Source: a virus
Virus record (IMG/VR): IMGVR_UViG_3300032238_000977
Span: 14,410-78,409 of that record
Direction: 5' to 3' (one strand)
DNA: 64,000 nucleotides
Shown here one piece after another: positions 54,511 to 64,000 of this stretch. Every line of letters starts with the position of its first letter. Positions within the stretch are counted from its first letter, which is position 1. The notes beneath the pieces were generated by a model. The model had not been told where the DNA came from and searched no databases. It saw nothing but the letters and a program-made list of their open reading frames with translations. A program made the translations under genes and the position numbers.

Positions 54511-55698
54511 TTATTTGCTAAAGGATGAAAGCGTTCTCAGATAAGCGGCCATAGAACCTGTTACATTTTCAGGTGCTCTGTCTACTCCCTCCGAGAGGGT
54601 TTCTGTTTTAGCCGATGGAGATACCATTCTTGAAGGAAAATATGACTCCTTCAAAGTCTCCAACTTTTCACGATATTCTTCTTCACTTTCAAACTCAACA
54701 CTTTCGGCAAGTGAAGCGAGCTTTTCTTTCTGAGTAGCAGCAAGGCCCTCAGAAACTTGATCTAAGATCCCATCAGCAACCGACTCTGCGAGACGCTTGT
54801 TTAAGGAAATATTTCTCTCAATCTGCTCGTTGAGTTTTGTCTCCATTTCGTCAAGTTTATCTACCATATTCTCTAATACATCATATCTATCTTCAGGGAT
54901 TGTTACATAATGCTCTTCAAAAAGTCCCTTCATGCCTGAAAGGAATGATTCTGTGATTTCAGTTTTGAGTCCATGCTCTATTGCTAGAGCATTTTCCTCA
55001 AACCATTCATCAGCAACATATTCTAAATATGAATCAATTCTTTCTTGAAGAGTTGATTTAATTTCTTCAACTTCTTCAAAAAGTCTTTGACCATACTGCT
55101 CTTCAAGAGCTTCCTTAATGTCAGAAACTTTTGAGCGAAGAGCAGCTTCAAAGATGATACGTGCTTTCTCTTGGAATTCCTCAGAAAGCTCTTCACCTTC
55201 TAGGAGAGCACTAACATCTTCTTCAATATTAAAATCTTCTTTTACTTCCTCTTCATCATCTTCCTCTTCATCATCCTCTTCGGATTTCTTCTTGTTTTTC
55301 TTTTTATCTTCTTCTTCGTCTTCGTCTTCTTTGGCGGCTTCCAAGATCTCTTCTTCCGAGATCTCTTCTTCGGAGATGAGATCCTCATCATCTTCTTCTG
55401 ATTCTTCTTTAACAGCACCTTTCAGTTGAGGAGTTGGATCCGCAGATTTAGCTCCCTTATTAATTACATCCCTAACTTGCTTAAGAGTTGCACCAGGGGT
55501 TTTTAATTTAGCTGAATCATCATCTGGACGATAGTTTGTTGGATCTGGGCCACCCAGATCTTCCCAACTACCTGTCTGACCAGCAACGGCACCTGCTGCT
55601 AGTTTGGGCATCGAATCTCCCGCTTTTGCATTTGCATTGACAGCGGTTTTGGATTGCTTAGTGCCTACTTCCATTTCTTGTAAATCTCCACGAGACAT
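54511..55698 (-). CDS. g22: Prohead core scaffold gp22
   Basis: Acidic coiled coil, LSEEF..KA..IFEAA, YLEYVADEW. Confidence 0.9.
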   Translation of the reverse strand: MSRGDLQEMEVGTKQSKTAVNANAKAGDSMPKLAAGAVAGQTGSWEDLGGPDPTNYRPDDDSAKLKTPGATLKQVRDVINKGAKSADPTPQLKGAVKEESEEDDEDLISEEEISEEEILEAAKEDEDEEEDKKKNKKKSEEDDEEEDDEEEVKEDFNIEEDVSALLEGEELSEEFQEKARIIFEAALRSKVSDIKEALEEQYGQRLFEEVEEIKSTLQERIDSYLEYVADEWFEENALAIEHGLKTEITESFLSGMKGLFEEHYVTIPEDRYDVLENMVDKLDEMETKLNEQIERNISLNKRLAESVADGILDQVSEGLAATQKEKLASLAESVEFESEEEYREKLETLKESYFPSRMVSPSAKTETLSEGVDRAPENVTGSMAAYLRTLSSFSK

Positions 55699-55757
55699 TT
55701 GAACTCTCCGATTAACCTTAGTGTAATTTAATCTATATTTATTTATAATTTAACAAA

Positions 55758-56408
55758 TTACAATGAGTTTAAAAACTCATTGAATAAATTTAATTTATTC
55801 TCTTCTAGAATTTTTTGATCTACAAGAGTATTAATTCTTTTGAAAGTTCTTTCCGCTGATCTTTCACGAAGCATTCCACCTTCCCAAACCCACTCCTTAC
55901 CTTCCATAATTCCTGATACAAAAGCGTCAGGAGCAGAAGGATCAGCAACGATATCTGCCGCAGTTGCAAGCATGAAATCTTCACCAACCTCGGTAAATCC
56001 TTCTCTCGTTGTTTTTACCGAACCAATTCCTCTAGAGGAAACTCCAAGAGTTACTCCTTCTTTAAGAAGAGATTCTGCAATTTTACCCATTGGGGTAGAA
56101 AGAATCTGCGCCTTACCGATAAAGTTATTTCCTTCGCGGTGAAGAGAAACAATCTTATGAGAAACACGATCAAGGTTGACGGTTGGTCCATCAGGGTGAC
56201 CAAGTTCTCCAAGAGCACGACCTTTATTTACATATTGCTCAGAATAACGCTTTACCTCTCTTTCCATAACAGGTAAGCGATACATTCTACCATTGCGGTT
56301 TACAACTTCAGTTTGTAGGAAAGGTCCTTGAATATAAAGAGTCTTCTTACCGTTGACTGTTTCGGTAAGAACTTCTACTGATTCAATTTCTTCGGTAATG
56401 AGTTTCAT
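55758..56408 (-). CDS. g21: Prohead protease gp21
   Basis: ALGELGHP, GVSSRG, DIVADPSAPDA. Confidence 0.95.
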   Translation of the reverse strand: MKLITEEIESVEVLTETVNGKKTLYIQGPFLQTEVVNRNGRMYRLPVMEREVKRYSEQYVNKGRALGELGHPDGPTVNLDRVSHKIVSLHREGNNFIGKAQILSTPMGKIAESLLKEGVTLGVSSRGIGSVKTTREGFTEVGEDFMLATAADIVADPSAPDAFVSGIMEGKEWVWEGGMLRERSAERTFKRINTLVDQKILEENKLNLFNEFLNSL

Positions 56409-56962
56409 TATGCTTGCCCCGTTGTTTGTACTTGTTGAATGTATACTATTCCAGAACCACCTTCGGTTCTAGCAGATACTCTTGTAGATCTTTTTAAATC
56501 CGCATATGATGAAGATGCAAATGCAGTCGCTATTCCACTTGAGTTATAATCAACAGTAATTCTTTCTGAAAAATAACCATCATAAGATGATGTATTATTT
56601 GTAGATTTAACTGGAACGTGGACAAAATTATAATAAGTTTGTCCGCTAACAGTTAAAGTTACATAGTCTCCTACTGAAAAAGGAGACTGAGTTCCCTCCG
56701 CAAAAATAATAGTCGTTGTTGTTCCGGTTGTTATACCTACGACTCTATTTGAACCTGGAGTTAACGCTAGGGTCTCACTTTTTCCTGCTGGAATATAATA
56801 ATCAGAAATTGTGGCGGTTGGATTTGTACCAATTGCAACAAATGCACCAGCACTAACGGCAGTCACTCTTAGAACGTTTGATTGAACTGTGAATGAGGTT
56901 GTTAATGATGATACTGCGGTTGTTGATAAAGAAATTCCCGCCCCTACTGGTTTATGAGCCAT
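56408..56962 (-). CDS. Putative virion structural protein
   Basis: T/S/G-rich beta protein in the head operon. Confidence 0.65.
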   Translation of the reverse strand: MAHKPVGAGISLSTTAVSSLTTSFTVQSNVLRVTAVSAGAFVAIGTNPTATISDYYIPAGKSETLALTPGSNRVVGITTGTTTTIIFAEGTQSPFSVGDYVTLTVSGQTYYNFVHVPVKSTNNTSSYDGYFSERITVDYNSSGIATAFASSSYADLKRSTRVSARTEGGSGIVYIQQVQTTGQA

Positions 56963-56992
56963 TATTTTTAGAATTCATTTATTAAGTATTTA

Positions 56993-57154
56993 TTATTCTT
57001 CTTCTTCTGATCCAAAGTCAAACATAGAATCAGCTACATTTGGTTTATGTGCATCAATTATAGATCCAGCCTTTGCAAATAAAAGGTCTTTGATTTTATC
57101 GCTAATCTGAGAAGGGCTTTCATCAGCAGCAATCATATCGATTAAGTCTTCCAT
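56993..57154 (-). CDS. Small acidic prohead core protein (gp67-like position; not in ORF track)
   Basis: MEDLIDMIAADESPSQISDKIKDLLFAKA...; immediately after the portal gene. Confidence 0.7.
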   Translation of the reverse strand: MEDLIDMIAADESPSQISDKIKDLLFAKAGSIIDAHKPNVADSMFDFGSEEEE

Positions 57155-57185
57155 AGTTTTTAATAATTTTTTTAATCTATATTAT

Positions 57186-58877
57186 TTATATTTTTCCACC
57201 ACGAGGAGATGGTGGTGGTTCTGCAGCAGCACCATCAGCTTCTGTTGCTGCTCCCTGAGAATCTAAATTCGGTTCCATAACTGGTTGTCCCAAATCCATT
57301 GCTGCCGGATCCATTGGTTGACCCGTTGCCGGATCAATTGGAGCGTTTGGATCTGGAATAATCCCTTCTTCTATTTCCTTTTTGATTATTTGATCCTGTT
57401 CAACAATTTCTTGATCAGTTTGTCTTAAGATCTTTCTTCTTACATAATCTTGAGAATAATATTTCCCAACATATGGTTCTGCAGTTGCGACCAAATTAAG
57501 TCTTTCAGTAATTAATTCAGCTTCCTTAAGTTCAGAAAAATGGTTATCATATAAGAAGTCATATTGAATATGATCCTTCATTAGGTCCCAATCTTTTGGT
57601 GTAATGATATTTTTTAGAATCAATTGAGTCTTTAGCATATCATTAAACATTCCGGAGAATCTTTTTCTAAGTCTCCCCACAAATTTCGTAAATTTGAGTT
57701 CATCACGAAGAATTTCTGATGAGCGACCAAGATTGAATCCACCTTCCCCATCCATTCTTGATGGTGGAACATTCAAAGAGCGAAATAGTTTTTTCTTGAA
57801 ATATTCAATATCTGTTATTTCTCCCAAATTTTGTCCACCAGGAAGAGTAGTAATTTCTGTTCCTCTACCACCTTCACGGCGAGGAAGCCAAAAATCTTCC
57901 ATCATACTCATGAATTTTTTATCATCACGAATTTCTCCCGTTTGTGCGTCATAAACTAGTTTGTTTCTATAACGCATCATAACATCACGAAGATATTGTT
58001 CCGCCTTTACTTTTGGAAGATTGCCTACATCAATATAAAAAATACGACGCTCTGGAGCACGAGATAATCTATAAATTACAAGACTATCCTCAATCATGCG
58101 AAGTTGGTTGAGTGCTTTAATTGCTTTATGCAAATAAGAAAGTACTGTACCTCTATTCCTATCAACTAACCCTGAAGTGCAATATGCAATTGCATCTTTT
58201 GAAATTCTTACTCCATTAGAACTTCCAACTGTTCCAGTTGGGTTTCCTGATAGGTAAGTCATTTTTGGATTATATACGAAATATTCTTCAATATCGACGA
58301 AGGTGAAATCCATAGCATCTTCGTCTGGTCTTCTTATTTTATAGGCAGGTTTATTATTATCTTGTTGTTTAGCCTGCCTAACATAACGCATTTTCATTGC
58401 GTCAATATAACGAAGTTCTTTAATTCCTTCATGTGGATTTTTTAAATCAATTACTTTATGATAATAAATTTTCCCATCTATATACCAATTTCTGTATATT
58501 TCGTGAGATTTTTTATCAAAATCTAAAAGTTCTAAAATATATTTAAACTCTTCTCTTATTTTCTTTTTAATTCCGTCACTTGCATTCAAATTTGATAATT
58601 CAATTTCTACAGGTGAATCGTTCGTATCTGAGACAATTGCTTCGTTTACAATATCTTCAATGGCTCCATCCACTTCTGGATGCAAAGCCATTTCTCTATA
58701 CCTTTTTAAAAGATCAAATTCAGTTTTATAAACACCTTCAATATCAACATATGATCCAAAAAATCCACTTGTCAAATAATGATCAACCCCATCCTCATTA
58801 TTCTGAGGAATGGGGGAAGATGTGGGTGGTAATTGAGGTGTTTGATCCTCAATAGAAAAACCAAATAATTTTGCCAT
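57186..58877 (-). CDS. g20: Portal protein gp20
   Basis: YRLSRAPERRIFYIDVGNLP, EDFWLPRREGGRGTEI. Confidence 0.98.
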   Translation of the reverse strand: MAKLFGFSIEDQTPQLPPTSSPIPQNNEDGVDHYLTSGFFGSYVDIEGVYKTEFDLLKRYREMALHPEVDGAIEDIVNEAIVSDTNDSPVEIELSNLNASDGIKKKIREEFKYILELLDFDKKSHEIYRNWYIDGKIYYHKVIDLKNPHEGIKELRYIDAMKMRYVRQAKQQDNNKPAYKIRRPDEDAMDFTFVDIEEYFVYNPKMTYLSGNPTGTVGSSNGVRISKDAIAYCTSGLVDRNRGTVLSYLHKAIKALNQLRMIEDSLVIYRLSRAPERRIFYIDVGNLPKVKAEQYLRDVMMRYRNKLVYDAQTGEIRDDKKFMSMMEDFWLPRREGGRGTEITTLPGGQNLGEITDIEYFKKKLFRSLNVPPSRMDGEGGFNLGRSSEILRDELKFTKFVGRLRKRFSGMFNDMLKTQLILKNIITPKDWDLMKDHIQYDFLYDNHFSELKEAELITERLNLVATAEPYVGKYYSQDYVRRKILRQTDQEIVEQDQIIKKEIEEGIIPDPNAPIDPATGQPMDPAAMDLGQPVMEPNLDSQGAATEADGAAAEPPPSPRGGKI

Positions 58878-58914
58878 GAATAAAGGTTAAACTTGCTGTT
58901 GCTGATACTATTTA

Positions 58915-59541
58915 TCAGCTGATTCTTTGACCAGTTTGGTCACGTAGTTCACCTACGGTCCAGTATTGGACTTGGAATTCTACAGTATATTCTTCAATTG
59001 TATCTCCAGTATCATAAGAAAGATCAATCTGAGATACATTTGTTGGAAAAATATCGTAGAACTTATAAGATCTTAATGGTGGAATGGAAGTTCCATCTGA
59101 CGCTTGAACATTATTTTGAGAGAATCTTCCAGCTCCAGCACCTCTTCCCAACTGATAAACTTCAGCATTAACCATGTATGAAGTTGGATTGGTAGCTCCA
59201 GTGTTATTATCAAGTTTGCTGATTCCATTCATCCACTGCTCAAAGGCAGTTCTTAATCTGAAATCTTCATCGTTGATAACGGTAACTGTCCAAGTATCAA
59301 ACGTTCTATCTCCAGCAACTTTTAAAATACGTCCTCTAAAAGGAACTTCAATTGGAGCGATGTTTGATGCAGGAAGTGCAGCTGCTTTACATAAGAAATT
59401 GAAAGTTCTTACTGATTCGTTATCCCAAGTGACACCTAATGTTCTTGGGAATGATGGAATGGACACTTCAAATAGATTGGGTCTAGCACCACCACCAGCA
59501 AGTCTTTCTTTAAATCCTGTAATTGTTCTGAGAGTAGACAT
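58915..59541 (-). CDS. g19: Tail tube protein gp19
   Basis: GGARPNLF, FRGR.LK.AGDRTF, IEEYTVEF. Confidence 0.95.
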   Translation of the reverse strand: MSTLRTITGFKERLAGGGARPNLFEVSIPSFPRTLGVTWDNESVRTFNFLCKAAALPASNIAPIEVPFRGRILKVAGDRTFDTWTVTVINDEDFRLRTAFEQWMNGISKLDNNTGATNPTSYMVNAEVYQLGRGAGAGRFSQNNVQASDGTSIPPLRSYKFYDIFPTNVSQIDLSYDTGDTIEEYTVEFQVQYWTVGELRDQTGQRIS

Positions 59542-59582
59542 TTTAAATTCCTCCTTTTGTAAATTTTAAGCAATTAGTTTAC

Positions 59583-61856
59583 TTAAACTGTTCCAACTAC
59601 TTCGTCAAAGCTAACACCAGTGCGGGTAGCAACGAATGTGAGTGTTACGAAGTTAATTGATTTCGCTGGTTTCAGATAAATTTCAGCTCTAAATTCATTA
59701 TTGTCAATAATGTCTGGTGTGTTATTAGATTCATCACAAACAACAAGGAAGTCATAAACACCTCTCTTTGATTGAACATCACGTAAATAAGGTTCAACAA
59801 TGTTTACAAAGTTTGCTCTAGTAATTGAATCGTTGAATTCAAATAGTTGAGCTTCTGCTGCTCTCTTCAATGCTCTCTTGATAGTGATAAAGAGTCTTCT
59901 AACATTAATTCTATCAAATGCAGATTGATATGTTAGTGCAGTTTTATCACCAAAAAGTAGAATTCCAGTTCCAGGAGAAGAAATGATAGGATTGATTCTG
60001 TTTGGATAGATGGCGTCTCTTTGTAATTTTGATGGATTGTATGCTAATTTAATAGCATTGTTAAGAACACCTCTCTGCTGACCAGCAGGAGAATACCAAG
60101 AATATTGGTCAAGAGAAGTTCTAACCATCAATCCAGCAACGTCTGCATTGCATGGGATATAGACGAATTGATTATTGAATCTATCGTATGTGTACTTCCA
60201 ACCACTATCAAATACCCCATAAGATGAGGAAATTGAAATTCCATTAAAGAATCTATTAATGTTCGTTGTTTGAGTTGCAGATCCCAGTGGTCCAGCAGAA
60301 CCTAGAACATTTGATCTATTTGGAGAAATTACAGCAAGACAATCCTTTCTGTTAGCCGCAATAGTAATAAGATTAATTGCGTATGCTTGGGATTGAGTCT
60401 CATCTGGTAGTCCAGGACCTCCAATTAGGTAGTCTACTACCTTATCGTCATCATTATCAAATAATCCGTAAGCAGTATTTAAACTTCCCAAATCTGCAGC
60501 AAACTGTCCAGATTGATTGGATGCTGCGTAGTCAACACCTTTCCAATATGTTAATGAACCATCTGCTACATCTCCACCTAAAGTATAGGATTTATTTCCA
60601 ATTACATTAAATGAAGTGCCTTGAGCTTCTTGATTCCAAATACCATTTGAGGTTGAATCTGGAGTTGTCGATATACCACCAACAACAGTTGTAAATTGTG
60701 GTGCTATTGCGCTAGTTCCAGAAGACTGATTTGTTCCAGCATAAAGAACTGATGAGAAATTTGCAATGTAAGACTTATACCAATTTTTGGATGGAGAATT
60801 TATTTCAGAAATTGAATCTTGTGCTTTTGAAAGACCTACAAACTTCTCAACTAACGTTCCCTTTGTTCCTGTAAAAGTACCTAAATCATCTATAACTACT
60901 AAATGCAATTCGTCATTCTTACCACCTCTAGCCAATGAATAATTGGTAGATTTTGGTCTTGGTGCGAGAGTCTTCCAATAAATTGTATTATTTGTAAGAC
61001 CTAATGTCTGTTCATTGTACCAGTCTAGAACTGTTCCTAAAGCGGTGGTTGTTGTTGACTGTGTACCAATACCAGTTAAAGTTACTGTTCCGCCAGGTCT
61101 TTGGAATGAAATTGTATCTCCCTGATTAAACGCTGCAACTGAACTTCCAGAAGCATAATCTACTACAGTTTCTGTTCCGGCAGTAACGCCAGAAGTAGAA
61201 AGTCTAGAAATAATTTTAATATCTACTGTTGAAGTTCCTGTGGTGCTGGAATTAATTCCTACTACAATACCTCTAAGTTTTCCGGTGAAAGATGAGGTCT
61301 CTCCTGCGCCAGCAATTGGTTGTGCTGTTAGTGTTTTAAAAATTTCTGTTCCTACAGTAATTCCGGACCCAACTGGGTTTGAGGTAGAAATTGCAACTCT
61401 TTGATCTGCAAAAGCATCAATTGTGCAAACTTTTAATCCATTTGCCCAAGTTCCTGGATTTTTTGCTGCATATAAGAAATTAACAGCATCAGCCTCTGCG
61501 TAATTTTCGCTATATTCGTCAAAGTTTCTAATTTTTACTGCTGGAGTGCTTACCCCAGAACCTACAATAGCATTTTTTAACGCATTACCATCAACTCTTA
61601 CTGTTTTTAATTTTCCACCATATGTTAGGAACGATGATGCCGATAACCACCATTCATATTGTCTATCTGTAGAAAGTGGTTTTCCATAAACATTTAATAA
61701 TTCTTGCTCACTGGTGATATCAATTACCTCATTTACTGGTCCTTTTGAAAAAGGAGCGCAGATCCCGCCTGTATTCTCAAATACGTTATCAGCCCTTCCT
61801 ACTGTTAGGTCAACTTCCCTAATAAGTACACCGGGAGATAATTGAGGAGTCGCCAT
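59583..61856 (-). CDS. g18: Tail sheath protein gp18
   Basis: SPGVLIREVD, WYSPAG, FDRINVRRLF. Confidence 0.95.
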   Translation of the reverse strand: MATPQLSPGVLIREVDLTVGRADNVFENTGGICAPFSKGPVNEVIDITSEQELLNVYGKPLSTDRQYEWWLSASSFLTYGGKLKTVRVDGNALKNAIVGSGVSTPAVKIRNFDEYSENYAEADAVNFLYAAKNPGTWANGLKVCTIDAFADQRVAISTSNPVGSGITVGTEIFKTLTAQPIAGAGETSSFTGKLRGIVVGINSSTTGTSTVDIKIISRLSTSGVTAGTETVVDYASGSSVAAFNQGDTISFQRPGGTVTLTGIGTQSTTTTALGTVLDWYNEQTLGLTNNTIYWKTLAPRPKSTNYSLARGGKNDELHLVVIDDLGTFTGTKGTLVEKFVGLSKAQDSISEINSPSKNWYKSYIANFSSVLYAGTNQSSGTSAIAPQFTTVVGGISTTPDSTSNGIWNQEAQGTSFNVIGNKSYTLGGDVADGSLTYWKGVDYAASNQSGQFAADLGSLNTAYGLFDNDDDKVVDYLIGGPGLPDETQSQAYAINLITIAANRKDCLAVISPNRSNVLGSAGPLGSATQTTNINRFFNGISISSSYGVFDSGWKYTYDRFNNQFVYIPCNADVAGLMVRTSLDQYSWYSPAGQQRGVLNNAIKLAYNPSKLQRDAIYPNRINPIISSPGTGILLFGDKTALTYQSAFDRINVRRLFITIKRALKRAAEAQLFEFNDSITRANFVNIVEPYLRDVQSKRGVYDFLVVCDESNNTPDIIDNNEFRAEIYLKPAKSINFVTLTFVATRTGVSFDEVVGTV

Positions 61857-61939
61857 GTTTTTCTCCGTAAAATCTCAGTTTATCTAAAAAATATTTATTA
61901 AAAAGTTACTTTTCATGGGGGAAACATGACGTGAACTAA

Positions 61940-62170
61940 TCACCAGTCAGGATATTCCCATCCAATCATATTTTTTGGTAAAGATTTTCTTTTTACAATT
62001 CTTTTAATAGTACATTCCTTACATTCATAAGAATATGAAGAAGCTACTGGACCTCTATTTTTGCGGGTTCTATAAAAACCATCTATTAAGTTTTTAACTT
62101 CACCACAGCATCTACAAGTTCTATCTGCAAGTAATAAATGACCTAGTTTGATTTGCTTATCAATTTCCAT
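61940..62170 (-). CDS. Small zinc-finger protein
   Basis: CRCCG...CKEC. Confidence 0.7.
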   Translation of the reverse strand: MEIDKQIKLGHLLLADRTCRCCGEVKNLIDGFYRTRKNRGPVASSYSYECKECTIKRIVKRKSLPKNMIGWEYPDW

Positions 62171-63813
62171 TACCCATATTCCCACATGTAAGATCTATCG
62201 CCATATTCGTCAGCAAACCACCTGTCTCCATCAGCATCGATAAAACTATTAGATTCTGTACCATCAACTATAAATCCAAATGGAGACATATCTTGTTCTA
62301 TTTGATTTTTTTGTTCTTCATATAATCTTTTTCTTACATCTTGATCAGTCAGTTCTTTAAAATAGTCTTGGGCAACTAACCAAGCATAGATGACCAAGCA
62401 CATAGCAAGGTCATCATTACATCCTTCTTCAGCCTCAAATGAATTATGTTTTTGTATAAAAGTTGTAAGTTCACTTATAATTTCATAGTCATTGAAGATT
62501 AATTTATCTTCTTCTATCATAGTTTTTAAGTTAAGGCATCCGACTTTTTTAACAGTTTTGGACATCTTAACTCCCAATTGAGTTTTTTTGCCAGAAAATC
62601 CTTGCCCAACAATTTGTCCAGCTCTTCCTCTCATAGAGCACATTAGCAAATTATTATATTCCAAATCATACTGAATAATACTGGCTACTTGATCCCCAAC
62701 ATCATTGACTTCGCATAAAATATAAGCATCATTATAACTTTTTGCCACCTCATGGATAATGCTCGGAAATAGCATTGGTTTTATTTCATTATTTCTGTAT
62801 TTTGCAACAACTGTGTGAGGGAACTGAGTTATATCTGTGACTATAAAAGCTGAATAATCACTTCCCACTCCTCTAGCTACGTCAACAGTAATAAGATAAT
62901 CGTGATTTTCTTTCGGATCTATGTAAACATCCAATCCAGCATTTCTTTTTCTTGGGTGATCATATACCAAATTTCTTATCTTACTCGGAGCAATTAAGGT
63001 ATCAACTGATCCTAAAAATTCACATTCAAATTCTACTTTGAATTGTTGTTCGGATGTGTTTGCAATAGTTTGTGATTTCCAGTTTTCATCTCTTCCAGGA
63101 ACTTCGCTCCAATGAACATCGGTAAATACATATTCATTTTTACCGCGTTCAGCATCATGCCACATTCGATAAAAATGATTCATCCCTTTTGGAGTTGAAA
63201 CAATTATAACTTTTGTGGATTTACCAGAAGAAATTGTTGGATATACTGAACTAAAAAAGTCATCTGCAATATGATTTGGGACGAAAGCAAATTCGTCCAA
63301 GAAAATAATGTTAAAAGACATACCACGAACTGTGGATGCTGATGTTGATGCTGCTAAAATTTTAGATCCATTTTCGAGTTCAAGAGATCCTCTGTTCCAA
63401 GCAATAATTCCCTGTTGCATCCATTTGGGTAGGTTTTCATATGCCGTCTGTAACCTATCCAGGAGCTCCCTGGCGGTCGCTGCTTTGTTTGCTAGGATGC
63501 CTATGTTAACATTATCATTAAAGACCGCATAGTGGAGCAGGAAAGACACTACAGTGGTTGATTTGCCCGTCTGTCTAGGCATTTTACAGATATTGAATCT
63601 GTTCTTATGGAAGTTGTTTATTAATTTTTCTTGAAAGTGGTAAGGTTGAAATGGTTGAAGACCATAGTCTAGAGTTACAATTTTTACATAATTTTTTGCA
63701 AAATAAACCGGATCATCTTTACATTTTAAAAACTCAATAATTTGCTCTTGAGTAAATTGTATTTGAGTATTAGCTTTTTTAAGATTGGGATTACCGAGAT
63801 AAACTTCAGACAT
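62170..63813 (-). CDS. g17: Terminase large subunit gp17
   Basis: PRQTGKST, FLDEFAF, STPKG, DVARG, DDLAM. Confidence 0.97.
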   Translation of the reverse strand: MSEVYLGNPNLKKANTQIQFTQEQIIEFLKCKDDPVYFAKNYVKIVTLDYGLQPFQPYHFQEKLINNFHKNRFNICKMPRQTGKSTTVVSFLLHYAVFNDNVNIGILANKAATARELLDRLQTAYENLPKWMQQGIIAWNRGSLELENGSKILAASTSASTVRGMSFNIIFLDEFAFVPNHIADDFFSSVYPTISSGKSTKVIIVSTPKGMNHFYRMWHDAERGKNEYVFTDVHWSEVPGRDENWKSQTIANTSEQQFKVEFECEFLGSVDTLIAPSKIRNLVYDHPRKRNAGLDVYIDPKENHDYLITVDVARGVGSDYSAFIVTDITQFPHTVVAKYRNNEIKPMLFPSIIHEVAKSYNDAYILCEVNDVGDQVASIIQYDLEYNNLLMCSMRGRAGQIVGQGFSGKKTQLGVKMSKTVKKVGCLNLKTMIEEDKLIFNDYEIISELTTFIQKHNSFEAEEGCNDDLAMCLVIYAWLVAQDYFKELTDQDVRKRLYEEQKNQIEQDMSPFGFIVDGTESNSFIDADGDRWFADEYGDRSYMWEYG

Positions 63814-63818
63814 AATTC

Positions 63819-64000
63819 TTACAAGTTCTCAATAATATTCATAGAAGCAACAATTTTTCCATCATTACTTCCACCAGTAATTTCAGTCACACTCAAAACA
63901 ATCGTATCACTAAGAGTATAAGTTAAGTTAGAACCCATATTTACGAAATTAAGTGCAGTAGCTACATCAACTGCACTTTGCCCACTAAAATAACCAGAGA
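63819..64000 (-). CDS. C-terminus of a probable structural protein (5' end outside window)
   Basis: Open frame ...LSDTIVLSVTEITGGSNDGKIVASMNIIENL-stop. Confidence 0.55.
   Translation of the reverse strand, partial: SGYFSGQSAVDVATALNFVNMGSNLTYTLSDTIVLSVTEITGGSNDGKIVASMNIIENL

Noticed and set aside
55240-55410. Low-complexity tct/tca repeats
   Set aside because: They encode the ordinary acidic linker of scaffold gp22
1-64000. Alternative genetic code or stop-codon reassignment
   Set aside because: Core genes are full length in code 11 and no suppressor-anticodon tRNA was seen; the Ser tRNA anticodon TGA reads UCA

Overview
This is a 64 kb internal segment of an AT-rich T4-like myovirus genome, most likely a cyanomyovirus (Kyanoviridae-like). 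Support comes from the cyanophage gene order, hsp20, mazG, the cobS/cobT-like pair, a 2OG-Fe(II) oxygenase and a wcaG-like RNA. The host is inferred, because no photosynthesis gene lies in this window. Essentially all genes are on the minus strand. In transcription order (right to left) the window holds four blocks. (1) Terminase g17 and head/tail genes g18, g19, g20, g21, g22, g23, g3. (2) uvsY, uvsW, g55, g47, g46, a vWA-zincin + MoxR AAA pair, g45, g44, a DUF4338/DruA-like gene, g62, regA, hsp20, g43, uvsX, g41 and mazG. (3) Late-promoter genes for probable head-internal proteins, then g61, nrdA and nrdB. (4) An accessory region with 11 tRNAs (a twelfth lies at 28.5 kb), many small ORFs and unexplained structured RNAs, followed by a >10 kb glycan-modification operon that contains an NAD+ synthetase. 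The most notable observations are: an 82-aa protein carrying a near-exact copy of the mature major-capsid N-arm (18/20 aa, mostly synonymous DNA divergence); at least six non-tRNA structured RNAs interleaved in the tRNA cluster; an atypical long-variable-arm tRNA with a UAU anticodon; a tandem-repeat RNA module fused to a wcaG RNA; a ROSE-like thermometer on hsp20; a nucleotidyltransferase with a T4-type capsid-targeting sequence; and a perfect antisense sigma70 promoter facing the late operon. All family calls come from motif recognition by eye. No database search was run.
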